Assembly (NCBI GenBank): GCA_002773615.1
Contig: PFAP01000011.1
Span: 8,307-72,306 of the forward strand
DNA length: 64,000 nucleotides
Origin: Candidatus Falkowbacteria bacterium CG10_big_fil_rev_8_21_14_0_10_39_11
GTDB taxonomy: Bacteria; Patescibacteriota; Patescibacteriia; UBA11705
Direction of reading: 5' to 3'
Positions 38,271-48,171 of this stretch are shown here, one piece after another (the first letter of the stretch is position 1; each line of letters opens with the position of its first letter). The notes beneath the pieces were generated by a model. It had not been told where the DNA came from. It searched no databases and saw nothing but the letters and a program-made list of their open reading frames with translations. Both the position numbers and the translations under genes were made by a program.

Positions 38271-38795
38271 ACTTTATCAGAACCAGGGTAATAAAACTTA
38301 CCAAAATAGTAAAGACTGCTATCATCTCTCTCATGCATATGAATCAGAACATAATCAACATCGGACTCATCATCACCACCATGAATCTTATCCATAATCA
38401 AATCATGAAGCTCATCATGCTCGACCTCATCAAATTCACGACCATTCACCTCTTTCAATGAACGACTGGGCTTGTAAAAAAAAGTATCTTCTTCATTCAA
38501 ACCCTGCCACCAACGAATCAAATCAACAATCGTTCCGTCAAAGTGCCAAATCCAACTCCGGTACCCATATTCTTCGTCCACCAGCACTGTAATCATGACA
38601 CCTCCTAATTTTGTTCTTGTTGAAGATTCAATCGGCATAAATCGTGACCCAAAACAGATCAAATTGATCAGTGGCTTCAAACTTTTGCTTCGCCACCAAG
38701 ATAGATTGTCCCAACCACTCTTTATGCTTTGGCAAAACATCTATATCACAACACCGAATCCCTAGTACTCGAGCAATGCTATGAGCCAACCCACG
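38171..38795. repeat. 85-bp direct repeat pair (38171-38255 and 38711-38795)
   Basis: 84/85 identical, 540 bp apart. Confidence 0.95.
38222..38596 (-). CDS. Hypothetical acidic protein
   Basis: 124 aa from ATG 38596 after SD taggaggtg. Confidence 0.65.
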   Translation of the reverse strand: MITVLVDEEYGYRSWIWHFDGTIVDLIRWWQGLNEEDTFFYKPSRSLKEVNGREFDEVEHDELHDLIMDKIHGGDDESDVDYVLIHMHERDDSSLYYFGKFYYPGSDKVWEPKTVGWLRALLEY

Positions 38796-38945
38796 ATCCT
38801 TCAAAGCCACACACAACTGCAAATTATCCAGATACTTTCGCACCTGATTAGCTTCAATTCGAGTAAAGGATAGATGCCCCTTCCACCTACACTTAGGCAT
38901 ACAACCAAAAAAGTCATCGGTTACCCAGATTGACGGCTTTAGCAT
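38628..38945 (-). CDS. Hypothetical protein, possibly divergent DUF1874/STIV-B116-like
   Basis: Promoter TTGACA-17-TACAAT (38974-39002), SD agggggg; family resemblance by eye only. Confidence 0.55.
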   Translation of the reverse strand: MLKPSIWVTDDFFGCMPKCRWKGHLSFTRIEANQVRKYLDNLQLCVALKDRGLAHSIARVLGIRCCDIDVLPKHKEWLGQSILVAKQKFEATDQFDLFWVTIYAD

Positions 38946-39138
38946 AATCCCCCCTTTGTTTATTCTACTGACTATTGTATCACAATCAACTTATAATGTC
39001 AACTCACAGTGACACACAAAACAATATTAACCTAAAATTAGATAATAATTACATTAAATTGTTGTCAAAAAATACACCAACAAACATCCCCAACCTATTC
39101 TGTGCTATAATATAATCGTCACAAATTAATGACTATTT

Positions 39139-39924
39139 ATGTATCAGCAACAACTAATCAACATCGGTCTTTTGCCAAAAGAAGCCAAAGTTTACGAAAC
39201 ACTACTAAACCTGGGGCCCAATTCTATTACTTCAATTTATCAAAAATCCAACCTTAAAAAAGGTGACACCTACAATGTCCTGCATGCTCTGAAAGAAAAA
39301 AAATTAATCACTGAAAAAATCGACCGGGGCAAAACTCTCTTTTTGGCTGAACCACCTCAAAAAATTGAATCTATTTTACGTAACAAACAAAAACAACTTG
39401 AAGCTGAAAAAGCTGAGCTTGAAAACCTCCTACCCGACCTCACTACCCTATTCCAAACCACCACCGACAAACCAATTATCCAAACTCAAGCCGGCATCGA
39501 AGGTATGGAAAACTTTTACGAAAAAATTCTTCACACCAAAAATGAAGTTCTAATCTTTGTCTCCAAGTATGACCGCGATGATCATGACATGGAAAAATTG
39601 ATTGACCGCTACACACTCAAACAATACCGCAAAGGCATCAAGCTTCGCGCCCTCAATCCGATTGATCCTCAATATTCAAAATCAAGCCATGAAGATTATT
39701 TAAAAGACCGCCATGACAAAAATATCACCGTACGTTTCATTTCCAAAAAATTCACTTTCCCTTCTCAAATAATTGTTTTCGACAACACCATCGGCATCAC
39801 CTCACTCAAAAACGACGTTATCACAACCGTCATCGACAATCCTGACATTGCTCACACATTCAAAACTTTATTCGAATACATGTGGCTCAAAGCCGGAGAA
39901 GATCATGACAAATTGATCAAATAA
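39139..39924 (+). CDS. TrmB-family transcriptional regulator
   Basis: GLLPKEAKVYETLL...TYNVLHALKEKKLI wHTH; C-terminal FKTLFEYMW. Confidence 0.85.
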   Translation: MYQQQLINIGLLPKEAKVYETLLNLGPNSITSIYQKSNLKKGDTYNVLHALKEKKLITEKIDRGKTLFLAEPPQKIESILRNKQKQLEAEKAELENLLPDLTTLFQTTTDKPIIQTQAGIEGMENFYEKILHTKNEVLIFVSKYDRDDHDMEKLIDRYTLKQYRKGIKLRALNPIDPQYSKSSHEDYLKDRHDKNITVRFISKKFTFPSQIIVFDNTIGITSLKNDVITTVIDNPDIAHTFKTLFEYMWLKAGEDHDKLIK

Positions 39925-40068
39925 TCTTCAACGCTCAGGGTATCCCTGAGTTTTTTGTTTCCACTTAAATTTCCCGGATTTCCTCATTTCAATTTTTCGC
40001 TCATTTATTGACTGCCATTAAAAACCATGGTAAGAATAACGATTGCCAACATATTAAGAGGAGGAATC

Positions 40069-40442
40069 GTGAAATTCAAACTTGGAACTCATCGAGTGGT
40101 CATTATCATTAAACCATACTAGCCCCAATGATCTTCCCGATGGTCTTTGCCAACATCTATCGCTATATTGAACAAACAGGACAATTCACTCTTAGTGACA
40201 ACACAATTTGTCAAAAATTATGTGAATTAATTAAAAATGAATTAGATCCAGACGCTCTCGAAACATTCACCCACATGGCTGGCGGCGATTTATTGCCTCG
40301 CTTTAATACCAACAATATCGCGATAACCAATAAAACCGTTATCTTTGTTAATTATGGTTCTCCTGGATTTTCTACACTGCTTACAAAATATGGAGACCAA
40401 CTCCGCCGAGCCATTCTAGCTCAAATTTCAGATCAGTCATAG
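40069..40442 (+). pseudogene. Frame-broken remnant of a small kinase-like protein
   Basis: SD gaggagg + GTG 40069 gives MKFKLGTHRVVIIIKPY*; a different frame carries ILAPMIFP...NNIAITNKTVIFVNYG. Confidence 0.4.
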
Positions 40443-40526
40443 CTGATCTTTTTTCTATAAAAAAAACCACAATTAACGTTCACATCCAATTGACTTCCTC
40501 GTTATTTCCTCTACAATAGTAATAAT

Positions 40527-41630
40527 ATGAATAAAAATGAACTACAATATTGGGTAGCTTTGAGTCAAATAGATTTACTTGGAGCTTCAAAGATGAAAAA
40601 ACTCTACTCTTATTTTCCAGACTTCTCTACACTCTGGCATGATGCTACTTATTCAGACTTTATTGACGCTGGTTTGAATGATCGAACCGCTGAAATCATC
40701 CTCAATAAAAAACACCAAATTAACCCGGAAGAAGAATTAACAAAACTACAAACTGAAAATATTGGTGTGGTAACGATTCAAGACTCCGACTATCCGGACA
40801 TTCTTCGTGAAATTCACAATCCACCAGCCTTGCTTTATTACAAAGGCAACAAAACGTTATTTCAAACCGAATGTCTCGCAATTGTTGGGACCAGAAATAT
40901 GACCGCCTATGGCCAACAAATTGCTCACAATATATCTCAAGAACTCAGCGCCAATCAACTAACCACCGTCAGCGGATTGGCACTCGGCATCGATACCATT
41001 GTTCATCACTCGACGATCCAAGCCAACGGCTCAACGATTGCCGTCCTCGGATCCAGCTTGGACCAAAAAAACATTTACCCCTCATCCAATCGTTCACTAG
41101 CCAACAATATTATTGAAAAAAATGGTCTCATTATTTCCGAATTTCCTCTGGGCACCATACCCATGCGCCACCACTTTCCGATTCGCAATCGTGTTATCTC
41201 CGGTCTGTCTCGTGGTACCCTGGTAATCGAGGCTGGAGAATCGTCGGGAGCTTTGATCACAGCCAAATACGCCCTCGAACAAAATCGAGAAGTTTTTGCC
41301 ATCCCCGGCAATATCACCAGCCCGATGTCTATTGGGACCAACAACCTGATCAAACAAGGCGCGACCTCCGTCAATCAAGCTGAGGATATTTTAGAAATTT
41401 TAAATCTTCAATCAATTTCCAAAGCATCTGACAAAAATATTCCCGAAGGTGATAATGATCAAGAAAAATTAATTTTAGCTCATCTAAACTTTGAACCAAC
41501 TCATTTTAATGATTTACGCAAAAAAACAACCCTAAACCCATCACAGTTAAATGCCGCCTTGTCACTTATGGAACTAAACGGTAAAATTAAAAATATCGGG
41601 AACAACGAATATATTATCAATTATCAATAA
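40527..41630 (+). CDS. dprA: DNA-processing protein DprA
   Basis: AIVGTR, VSGLALGID, FPIRNRVISG, SGALITA, C-terminal wH. Confidence 0.96.
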   Translation: MNKNELQYWVALSQIDLLGASKMKKLYSYFPDFSTLWHDATYSDFIDAGLNDRTAEIILNKKHQINPEEELTKLQTENIGVVTIQDSDYPDILREIHNPPALLYYKGNKTLFQTECLAIVGTRNMTAYGQQIAHNISQELSANQLTTVSGLALGIDTIVHHSTIQANGSTIAVLGSSLDQKNIYPSSNRSLANNIIEKNGLIISEFPLGTIPMRHHFPIRNRVISGLSRGTLVIEAGESSGALITAKYALEQNREVFAIPGNITSPMSIGTNNLIKQGATSVNQAEDILEILNLQSISKASDKNIPEGDNDQEKLILAHLNFEPTHFNDLRKKTTLNPSQLNAALSLMELNGKIKNIGNNEYIINYQ

Positions 41631-41631
41631 T

Positions 41632-42915
41632 ATGGATCTAAAACTTTACCAAAAATATAAACTCGCCGAATCCTACCTAGAGTCTTTAAGTAATCTGACC
41701 CAAGAAAACTTTTTTACCGGCAATGCCGATCCGAATTTTTTTTTCAAACGAGCTAAATTTCTTTTAAAACTGGCTGGCAATCCTGATCAAGCTTACAAAA
41801 TCATCCACATTGCCGGTACCAGCGGCAAGGGCTCTACTGTCAACAATATCGCCAACGTTCTCCAAAATGCTGGTCACAAAATTGGAACGCACTACTCCCC
41901 CTTTGTTTCTGTTTCAACTGAAAAAATTCAAATCAATAAAAGATTTATTCCCATTACCGACTTTATTGCTTTAGTTGATGAGATGAAACCCATTATTAAT
42001 CAGTGTTATAACAAAATGGGCGTCCCCAGCTACTTTGAAGTTTGGATGATCATGGCTTTACTCTATTTCAAACAACAAAAAGTTGACTACGTGGTTCTCG
42101 AAACCGGCTGTGGTGGTCGCTTTGATGCTTCCAACGCCGTCAAGAAGACCCTATTCTCAATCATTACCAATATCGGCTTGGATCATACCTTTATTTTAGG
42201 TGATACAATTGAAAAAATCGCTTTTGAAAAAGCCGGCATCATTCGTCGTGGCGGAAAAGTCCTGACCACCGCCACCCAACCAAATGTGATCAAACTTTTT
42301 ACCAAAATTTGCAAAGAAAAAAACGCCAAACTTGAAATTGTCAGATCCGAGGACCCAAACAAAGCCCTAGCCTTTCGAGTTGGTGAATTATTAAAAATCG
42401 ATGACAACATTATTCAAAAATCACTAAATCAAAAGATTTCCATTCCGGCTCGCTTTGAAATCGTCAAACATAAACCCACCATCATTTTTGACGGCGCTCA
42501 CAATCCTGACAAAATAAAATATCTAACCTCAAACCTCAAATCATTTTTTTGTCATCCTGAGCCTGTCAAAAGGTCAACCAGACCCAAAGTTCATCTAATT
42601 TGCGCTCTCGGTGATAAAAAAAATCCCAAAGATGTCTTCAAATCACTAAAAACCTTGGCTGACAAAGTCTATATCACCAGATTCACCAACCCATTTCGTA
42701 AAAATTGTGATTTGAAACAACTAAAAGCAGCTTTCATCGGCAAACCAACGCAAACTTTTCTCGACCCCAACCAAGCTTTAGCAGCTGCAGTTAAATCAGC
42801 CAAACCTTCTGACATTATTTTGATCACCGGCTCATTTTTCCTATGCTCAGATCTCCGGAAACAATTTATTAGTGAAGAAAAACAATTGGAACAACGCACC
42901 AACTTCCCTAAATAA
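41632..42915 (+). CDS. folC: Folylpolyglutamate synthase/dihydrofolate synthase family
   Basis: HIAGTSGKGS, ETGCGGRFDASN, IGLDH, EKAGII, DGAHNP, TGSF. Confidence 0.9.
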   Translation: MDLKLYQKYKLAESYLESLSNLTQENFFTGNADPNFFFKRAKFLLKLAGNPDQAYKIIHIAGTSGKGSTVNNIANVLQNAGHKIGTHYSPFVSVSTEKIQINKRFIPITDFIALVDEMKPIINQCYNKMGVPSYFEVWMIMALLYFKQQKVDYVVLETGCGGRFDASNAVKKTLFSIITNIGLDHTFILGDTIEKIAFEKAGIIRRGGKVLTTATQPNVIKLFTKICKEKNAKLEIVRSEDPNKALAFRVGELLKIDDNIIQKSLNQKISIPARFEIVKHKPTIIFDGAHNPDKIKYLTSNLKSFFCHPEPVKRSTRPKVHLICALGDKKNPKDVFKSLKTLADKVYITRFTNPFRKNCDLKQLKAAFIGKPTQTFLDPNQALAAAVKSAKPSDIILITGSFFLCSDLRKQFISEEKQLEQRTNFPK

Positions 42916-42958
42916 TTATCAAAAAAAGAATAAACAAAAAAACACAGTCATTGCTGTG

Positions 42959-43444
42959 TTATTTAATTTCCGCTGCTCTACTTAGCCATTCCACACTCAA
43001 AGCTTCAATTTGCTTCTTGGCCTTGAGCCATTCATCAATCGGATACAGATAATTCAAAAGTTTCAAATCTTCATCCAAAGTCAAAACCAAATAAGTCTCT
43101 ACTCCGGATCCAATATTCCTAAATGTGACGACCACATCAAACTCTTCTGATTCGTGCACATTTACAACCAGCAATGGTGTCCAATCCTCAAACTGCAAAC
43201 CCGACCTCAGCATTTTCTGATCATTATCATCATCATAACAAACGATAAAAACTTTATTCATCCGGAATTCAAATTTTTCGTCCCTTTTACCAATCGGCTG
43301 CAAATCAGCCGCCGCATCAATTTTCCCTTGCATTTCCTGTTCCAACTCAGCAAACGGTCAATAAATTCGTTCTTTATTCTGTTTCACCGTATTTTGATAA
43401 TGATCACATGCCACATCAAATTCATCGGGCTGACGATCTTTCAT
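42959..43444 (-). pseudogene. Hypothetical protein with in-frame TGA at codon 29
   Basis: SD ggaggag + ATG 43444: MKDRQPDEF...ERIY*PFAELEQEMQGK, continuing in frame with track ORF 42959-43345. Confidence 0.6.
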
Positions 43445-43478
43445 TTGACTCCTCCAGGGGTAGTTTTGTGATTATCAA

Positions 43479-43766
43479 TCAGAAAATGATAGTTCTCACT
43501 TTTTTGGTTCTTTTATTGATCATTACCACTTTATCACCCGGCAAAATGTCCAGTTCATTAACCACCGAATGAAAGATAGCAAAAGCAAAAATAAACGCTG
43601 TATTCCAGGGACGCCGCCAAAGCCAAGCCCAATAATCAATGGTCCGCCTGAGCCTATCGGGCACCAACACCTTGTCTGGAGTTTGGATCTTCTTTCCCGG
43701 TCGATAATTTTTCGGCAGTCTTTTCAGCCGCTCCACCAAAGACAAAACTCGATCATTGTCCGTCAT
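43479..43766 (-). CDS. Hypothetical protein
   Basis: 95 aa from ATG 43766 after SD ggagg; own TTGACA promoter near 43808-43836. Confidence 0.6.
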   Translation of the reverse strand: MTDNDRVLSLVERLKRLPKNYRPGKKIQTPDKVLVPDRLRRTIDYWAWLWRRPWNTAFIFAFAIFHSVVNELDILPGDKVVMINKRTKKVRTIIF

Positions 43767-43942
43767 TTGAATCCTCCATTTATTGCTCCTGTTTGCGTGA
43801 ATGTAACAAATTATCATATAATGACACTAATGTCAATTGTTCATAAGTTGACACATAATTTGGAATCTGTTAGTTTATAAACAATTGCGTTATCAAAACC
43901 GCTCAATTCAATTTAACTAATTTTACTTATTACAATTGTTAT

Positions 43943-46159
43943 ATGCATTTAGTCATCGTCGAGTCTCCAACCAAGGCCAAAACCATTTCCAAATTTCTAC
44001 CCAAAGATTACAAAGTGGAATCTTCTTATGGCCATGTGAGAGATCTACCGCCCAAAGAACTTGGTATTGATGTTGATAAAGATTTCAAACCCAAATATGC
44101 GGTAATTGAAAAAGCCAAAAAACAAGTAAAAAAACTAAAAGATTTATCTGAGAAAGCAGACAACGTTATTTTGGCAACTGATGAAGATCGCGAAGGAGAA
44201 GCGATCTCTTGGCACTTGAAATATTTACTCAAACCAAAGAAATATCAAAGAATCACTTTTCATGAAATCACCAAAAGCGCCATCGAACACGCCTTGGAAA
44301 ATCCGAGAGCTATTGATGAAAATTTAGTTGACGCCCAACAAGCCAGACGTGTCCTGGACCGTCTCGTTGGTTTCAAATTGTCTCCATTCCTTTGGAACAA
44401 AGTCGCAAGAGGATTGTCCGCCGGTCGTGTCCAATCAGTTACCGTCCGCTTGATCGTAGAAAAAGAACGCGAACGCGAAGCATTCAAACAAGACGAATAT
44501 TGGACTATCGAAGGAATTTTTGATAAAGAAAAACAAGAGTTCCCAGGCAAATTAAATGCTATTGGCGCTAAAACATTAAAAAAATTAGACATCAAAGACA
44601 AAGAATCTGCAGACAAAATATTGGAGGAATTAAAAGATAAATCATACAAAATCACAAAAGTAGAGAAAAAGGAAACCAAAAAAAATCCCCCCACCCCACT
44701 GACCACCTCAACCATGCAACAGGCAGCCAACAACAAACTACACATGTCAGCCAAACAAGCCATGATGGTCGCCCAACAACTCTATGAAGGTATAAAAATT
44801 GGATCAGAATCTATTGGTCTCATCACCTACATGAGAACTGACTCTCAAAATTTGTCAGAAATCTTTCTCCAATCTACTCACGATTATTTAAAAACCACTC
44901 TTGGCCCAGAATACATTCCGGCCAAACCGGTTCGTTACAAATCAAAATCAAAAGGAGCCCAAGAAGCTCACGAAGCTATTCGTCCCACTGATCCAGCTCA
45001 AACACCAGAATCAATCAGACAATATTTAGACGACAAACAGTTCAAACTTTACAACTTAATCTGGTCTCGAACTCTGGCGACTCAGATGACCGCCGCCAAA
45101 TTGGATGCAACCATCATTGATATCAACGACGAATCAGACAAATATACTTTCCGCGCCAATGGCCAAACCATTAAGTTTGATGGCTTTCTCAGAATTTACA
45201 AAGAAGTCACCAAAGAAGCTCTTTTGCCGGAATTAAATGAAGGTGATACTCTCGGCAGCAAAGAGATCAAAGGCGAACAACATTTCACTCAACCACCAGC
45301 CCGGTACACCGAAGCGACTTTAGTCAAAGCACTGGAAGAATATGGTATTGGCCGACCTTCAACCTACGCGCCAACAATTGCAACCGTTCAAGACCGTGGT
45401 TACGTTGAAAAAGAAGCCAAGGCTCTCAAACCGACTGAGATGGGTACTTTGGTAACCGATATTTTGGTTGAACACTTTGCCGATATTGTTGATTATGATT
45501 TTACCGCTGATATTGAAAAAAAATTCGACTTAATTGAAGAAGGCAAACAAGAATGGCAACCGATTATCAAAAATTTTTATGAACCATTTATTGATAATTT
45601 ACAGAAAAAAACCAAAGAGTTAACAAAAAAAGATTTAACCGAAGAAACCACTGATGAAAAATGCGAAAAATGCCAAGCTCCAATGGTGATCAAGACTGGA
45701 AGATTTGGGAAATTCATCGCTTGTTCAAATTACCCAGAATGTAAAAATACCAAAAATATTAATGCTGAAACCGGTGAAATTGAGGACAAGCCAGAACTAA
45801 AGACGTTAGATGAAAAATGCCCGGACTGTAAAGCCGCCTTAGTAGAAAAAGTTGGCCGATTTGGACCATTTATTGGTTGTTCAAATTATCCTGATTGCAA
45901 ATACATCAAAAAGCAAAAACAAGGCACTGGCGTAAATTGTCCCAAGTGTGAAACTGGAGAAATTGAAACCAAACGAACCCGAGCCGGAAAAATATTCTAT
46001 GGCTGCGACAAATATCCCAAATGCGACTTTGCCTTGTGGCAAAAACCAACTGGTGAAAAATGCCAAACTTGTGAAGCTCTAATCACTGAAACAATCAAAG
46101 GAGATAAAAAGTGTTCTAACAAAGATTGCCAAACAAACAGTAAAACAAAGAAAAAATAA
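43943..46159 (+). CDS. topA: DNA topoisomerase I
   Basis: VIVESPTK, ATDEDREGE, SAGRVQS, ITYMRTD, C-terminal Zn ribbons. Confidence 0.98.
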   Translation: MHLVIVESPTKAKTISKFLPKDYKVESSYGHVRDLPPKELGIDVDKDFKPKYAVIEKAKKQVKKLKDLSEKADNVILATDEDREGEAISWHLKYLLKPKKYQRITFHEITKSAIEHALENPRAIDENLVDAQQARRVLDRLVGFKLSPFLWNKVARGLSAGRVQSVTVRLIVEKEREREAFKQDEYWTIEGIFDKEKQEFPGKLNAIGAKTLKKLDIKDKESADKILEELKDKSYKITKVEKKETKKNPPTPLTTSTMQQAANNKLHMSAKQAMMVAQQLYEGIKIGSESIGLITYMRTDSQNLSEIFLQSTHDYLKTTLGPEYIPAKPVRYKSKSKGAQEAHEAIRPTDPAQTPESIRQYLDDKQFKLYNLIWSRTLATQMTAAKLDATIIDINDESDKYTFRANGQTIKFDGFLRIYKEVTKEALLPELNEGDTLGSKEIKGEQHFTQPPARYTEATLVKALEEYGIGRPSTYAPTIATVQDRGYVEKEAKALKPTEMGTLVTDILVEHFADIVDYDFTADIEKKFDLIEEGKQEWQPIIKNFYEPFIDNLQKKTKELTKKDLTEETTDEKCEKCQAPMVIKTGRFGKFIACSNYPECKNTKNINAETGEIEDKPELKTLDEKCPDCKAALVEKVGRFGPFIGCSNYPDCKYIKKQKQGTGVNCPKCETGEIETKRTRAGKIFYGCDKYPKCDFALWQKPTGEKCQTCEALITETIKGDKKCSNKDCQTNSKTKKK

Positions 46160-46188
46160 ATTTCAGACTATACTTTTAATCGACATAC

Positions 46189-46217
46189 AAAAAACAGCCT
46201 CAAAGGCTGCTTTTTGT
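46189..46217. terminator. Bidirectional intrinsic terminator
   Basis: aaaaaacagcctcaaaggctgctttttt. Confidence 0.75.
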
Positions 46218-46521
46218 TGACATTGAATTAGGGTTTACCTAACTCTGGCGTAGAAATCAAGGAAACAACTCCAATCACAAAACTGCAAGTTTCGTGTCTC
46301 CCAAATCCCACAAAAAAAACATAACACTTTTGATTCAAACAATCAAGGTCTATTCACCATAAAAACGATACATCAAAGTATCGCTTTCTGGGTGAGAATC
46401 AATCAACCATAATTTGTTTATCAAAATCTTTGACTTTACAAATCATTAAAAAACTGCTAAAATATAAGGCTATTGAAAATCCTCCCAGATATCCTATAAT
46501 AAGAGTATCAGCACTAATATT

Positions 46522-48153
46522 ATGGACCAGAAAATTCAAAAATTGATTGATAATCTCAACCGTGTTCACGGTCACGAAATTAATGAAAAAATCATTCAGA
46601 CCGTTTTTAATTTGACTAAAGATATTGATGATGAACTGACAAAAAATCAAGCCTTCAACAACGCCTACAACATCAGCCTCAAACACGTTCCAGCCGAAAT
46701 TGTAGCGCTTGAATATTTATACTGTTTCAAATCTCACATTCCAAACCTGGAGAATATTACTAAGAAACAAACATCTTCAAATTTTTACAAACTGTTCAAA
46801 GCTCACGATCTTGCTAATATTCATTTAGATGTCAAACTTCACAACCGAAGTCTTTTAGAACATACAAAAAACACCGTTCATCATTTAGCTGAGCTCAATC
46901 CAGACTTTCATTCCCTTTACGCCGCTTATCTCAAACATCTTCCGGAATACTCACCGATTAGCATAAAGGATCTTCAAAAAATATTCGGCACCGATGTCGT
47001 CAATATTATTCAAGCCACAAATCGTCTAAAAACAATTTGCCGTCCGTCTGACACCAATAACCATGAATCGCTCCAACAACTTATCCTGACCAGCTCAAAA
47101 GATACTCGAGTTATTATTTTAAAAATGTGTTCCCTCATTGACTTGCTCAAGAACATTGATCAAATAAAAGAAAAACACCGCATCAGAACCGCCACCGAAG
47201 CCATGCATATTTATGCTCCCATTGCAGACATTCTCGGTATCTGGCGTCTCAAATGGCAACTGGAAGATTATTCATTCCGGTTTCTTCAACCAGAAGAGTA
47301 CCAAAATATCGAAAGAAAATTTCATGTTGATGAAAAGAAAAACCGAGAAAAATATGTCGCTAAAACTATAAAAATATTGACCAATAAAGCCCAAAAGAAC
47401 AACCTTCACTGTGATGTGAGTGGTCGCTTCAAACATTTTTACAGCATTTATCAAAAAATGAATGAAAAACAAAAAAACTTCAACGAAATATATGATGTAT
47501 TTGCGCTTAGAATTATTGTGCCGACAATTGATGACTGCTACAAAGCATTAGAATTGATTCATTCCATCTGGCACCCGGTACCAAATAGAATCAAAGACTA
47601 TATCAACGCGCCCAAAAAAAACCAATACCGCAGTTTACATACCACCGTCTATGGCCTAAATAATCGTCCGACTGAATTTCAAATACGAACCGCTGACATG
47701 GACCATGAAGCTAGGTATGGTAAATCATCACATTGGTTTTACAAAAACAATCAAAAAAATATCCCTGACTGGGCGTTGAAAATCATCAACTTCAATCGCT
47801 CAACCAACCACAATCAAGACTGGATTCAGATTAACACTGAAGTTTTATTTGATAAAATTTTCACCTATACACCCAAAGGAGACGTTATTTCTCTCCCCAA
47901 AGGAGCCACTGTCATTGACTTTGCCTATCACATTCATTCACAAGTCGGCAACAGTTGTCATTCTGCCCGAGTCAATAGCCAAACAGTCCAATTGGATCAT
48001 GAGCTACAAAATGAAGACATCGTTGAGATCATCAGCAATCCAAAACAATTTCTACCTAAAGAAGAGTGGTTAAAAATAATAACCACACCAATCGCAGAAA
48101 AAAAGATCCTTCAAGCTCTCGAATCTGATCCTAGACATGAAATATATCACTAA
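46522..48153 (+). CDS. RelA/SpoT homolog with degenerate HD hydrolase, synthetase and TGS domains
   Basis: GRFKH, DVFALR, RIKDY, YRSLHT, EFQIRT; HD site reads LKHLPEY. Confidence 0.9.
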   Translation: MDQKIQKLIDNLNRVHGHEINEKIIQTVFNLTKDIDDELTKNQAFNNAYNISLKHVPAEIVALEYLYCFKSHIPNLENITKKQTSSNFYKLFKAHDLANIHLDVKLHNRSLLEHTKNTVHHLAELNPDFHSLYAAYLKHLPEYSPISIKDLQKIFGTDVVNIIQATNRLKTICRPSDTNNHESLQQLILTSSKDTRVIILKMCSLIDLLKNIDQIKEKHRIRTATEAMHIYAPIADILGIWRLKWQLEDYSFRFLQPEEYQNIERKFHVDEKKNREKYVAKTIKILTNKAQKNNLHCDVSGRFKHFYSIYQKMNEKQKNFNEIYDVFALRIIVPTIDDCYKALELIHSIWHPVPNRIKDYINAPKKNQYRSLHTTVYGLNNRPTEFQIRTADMDHEARYGKSSHWFYKNNQKNIPDWALKIINFNRSTNHNQDWIQINTEVLFDKIFTYTPKGDVISLPKGATVIDFAYHIHSQVGNSCHSARVNSQTVQLDHELQNEDIVEIISNPKQFLPKEEWLKIITTPIAEKKILQALESDPRHEIYH

Positions 48154-48171
48154 ATTTGGTATAATAAATCT

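Noticed and set aside
38171-38795. Diversity-generating retroelement TR/VR pair
   Set aside because: Only one mismatch, which is not at an adenine on the coding strand, and no reverse transcriptase or Avd gene in the window
43358-43360. Stop-codon reassignment (code 25 TGA=Gly, or TAG recoding)
   Set aside because: Very long genes are fully open in code 11, and the two in-frame stops are different codons in isolated accessory genes
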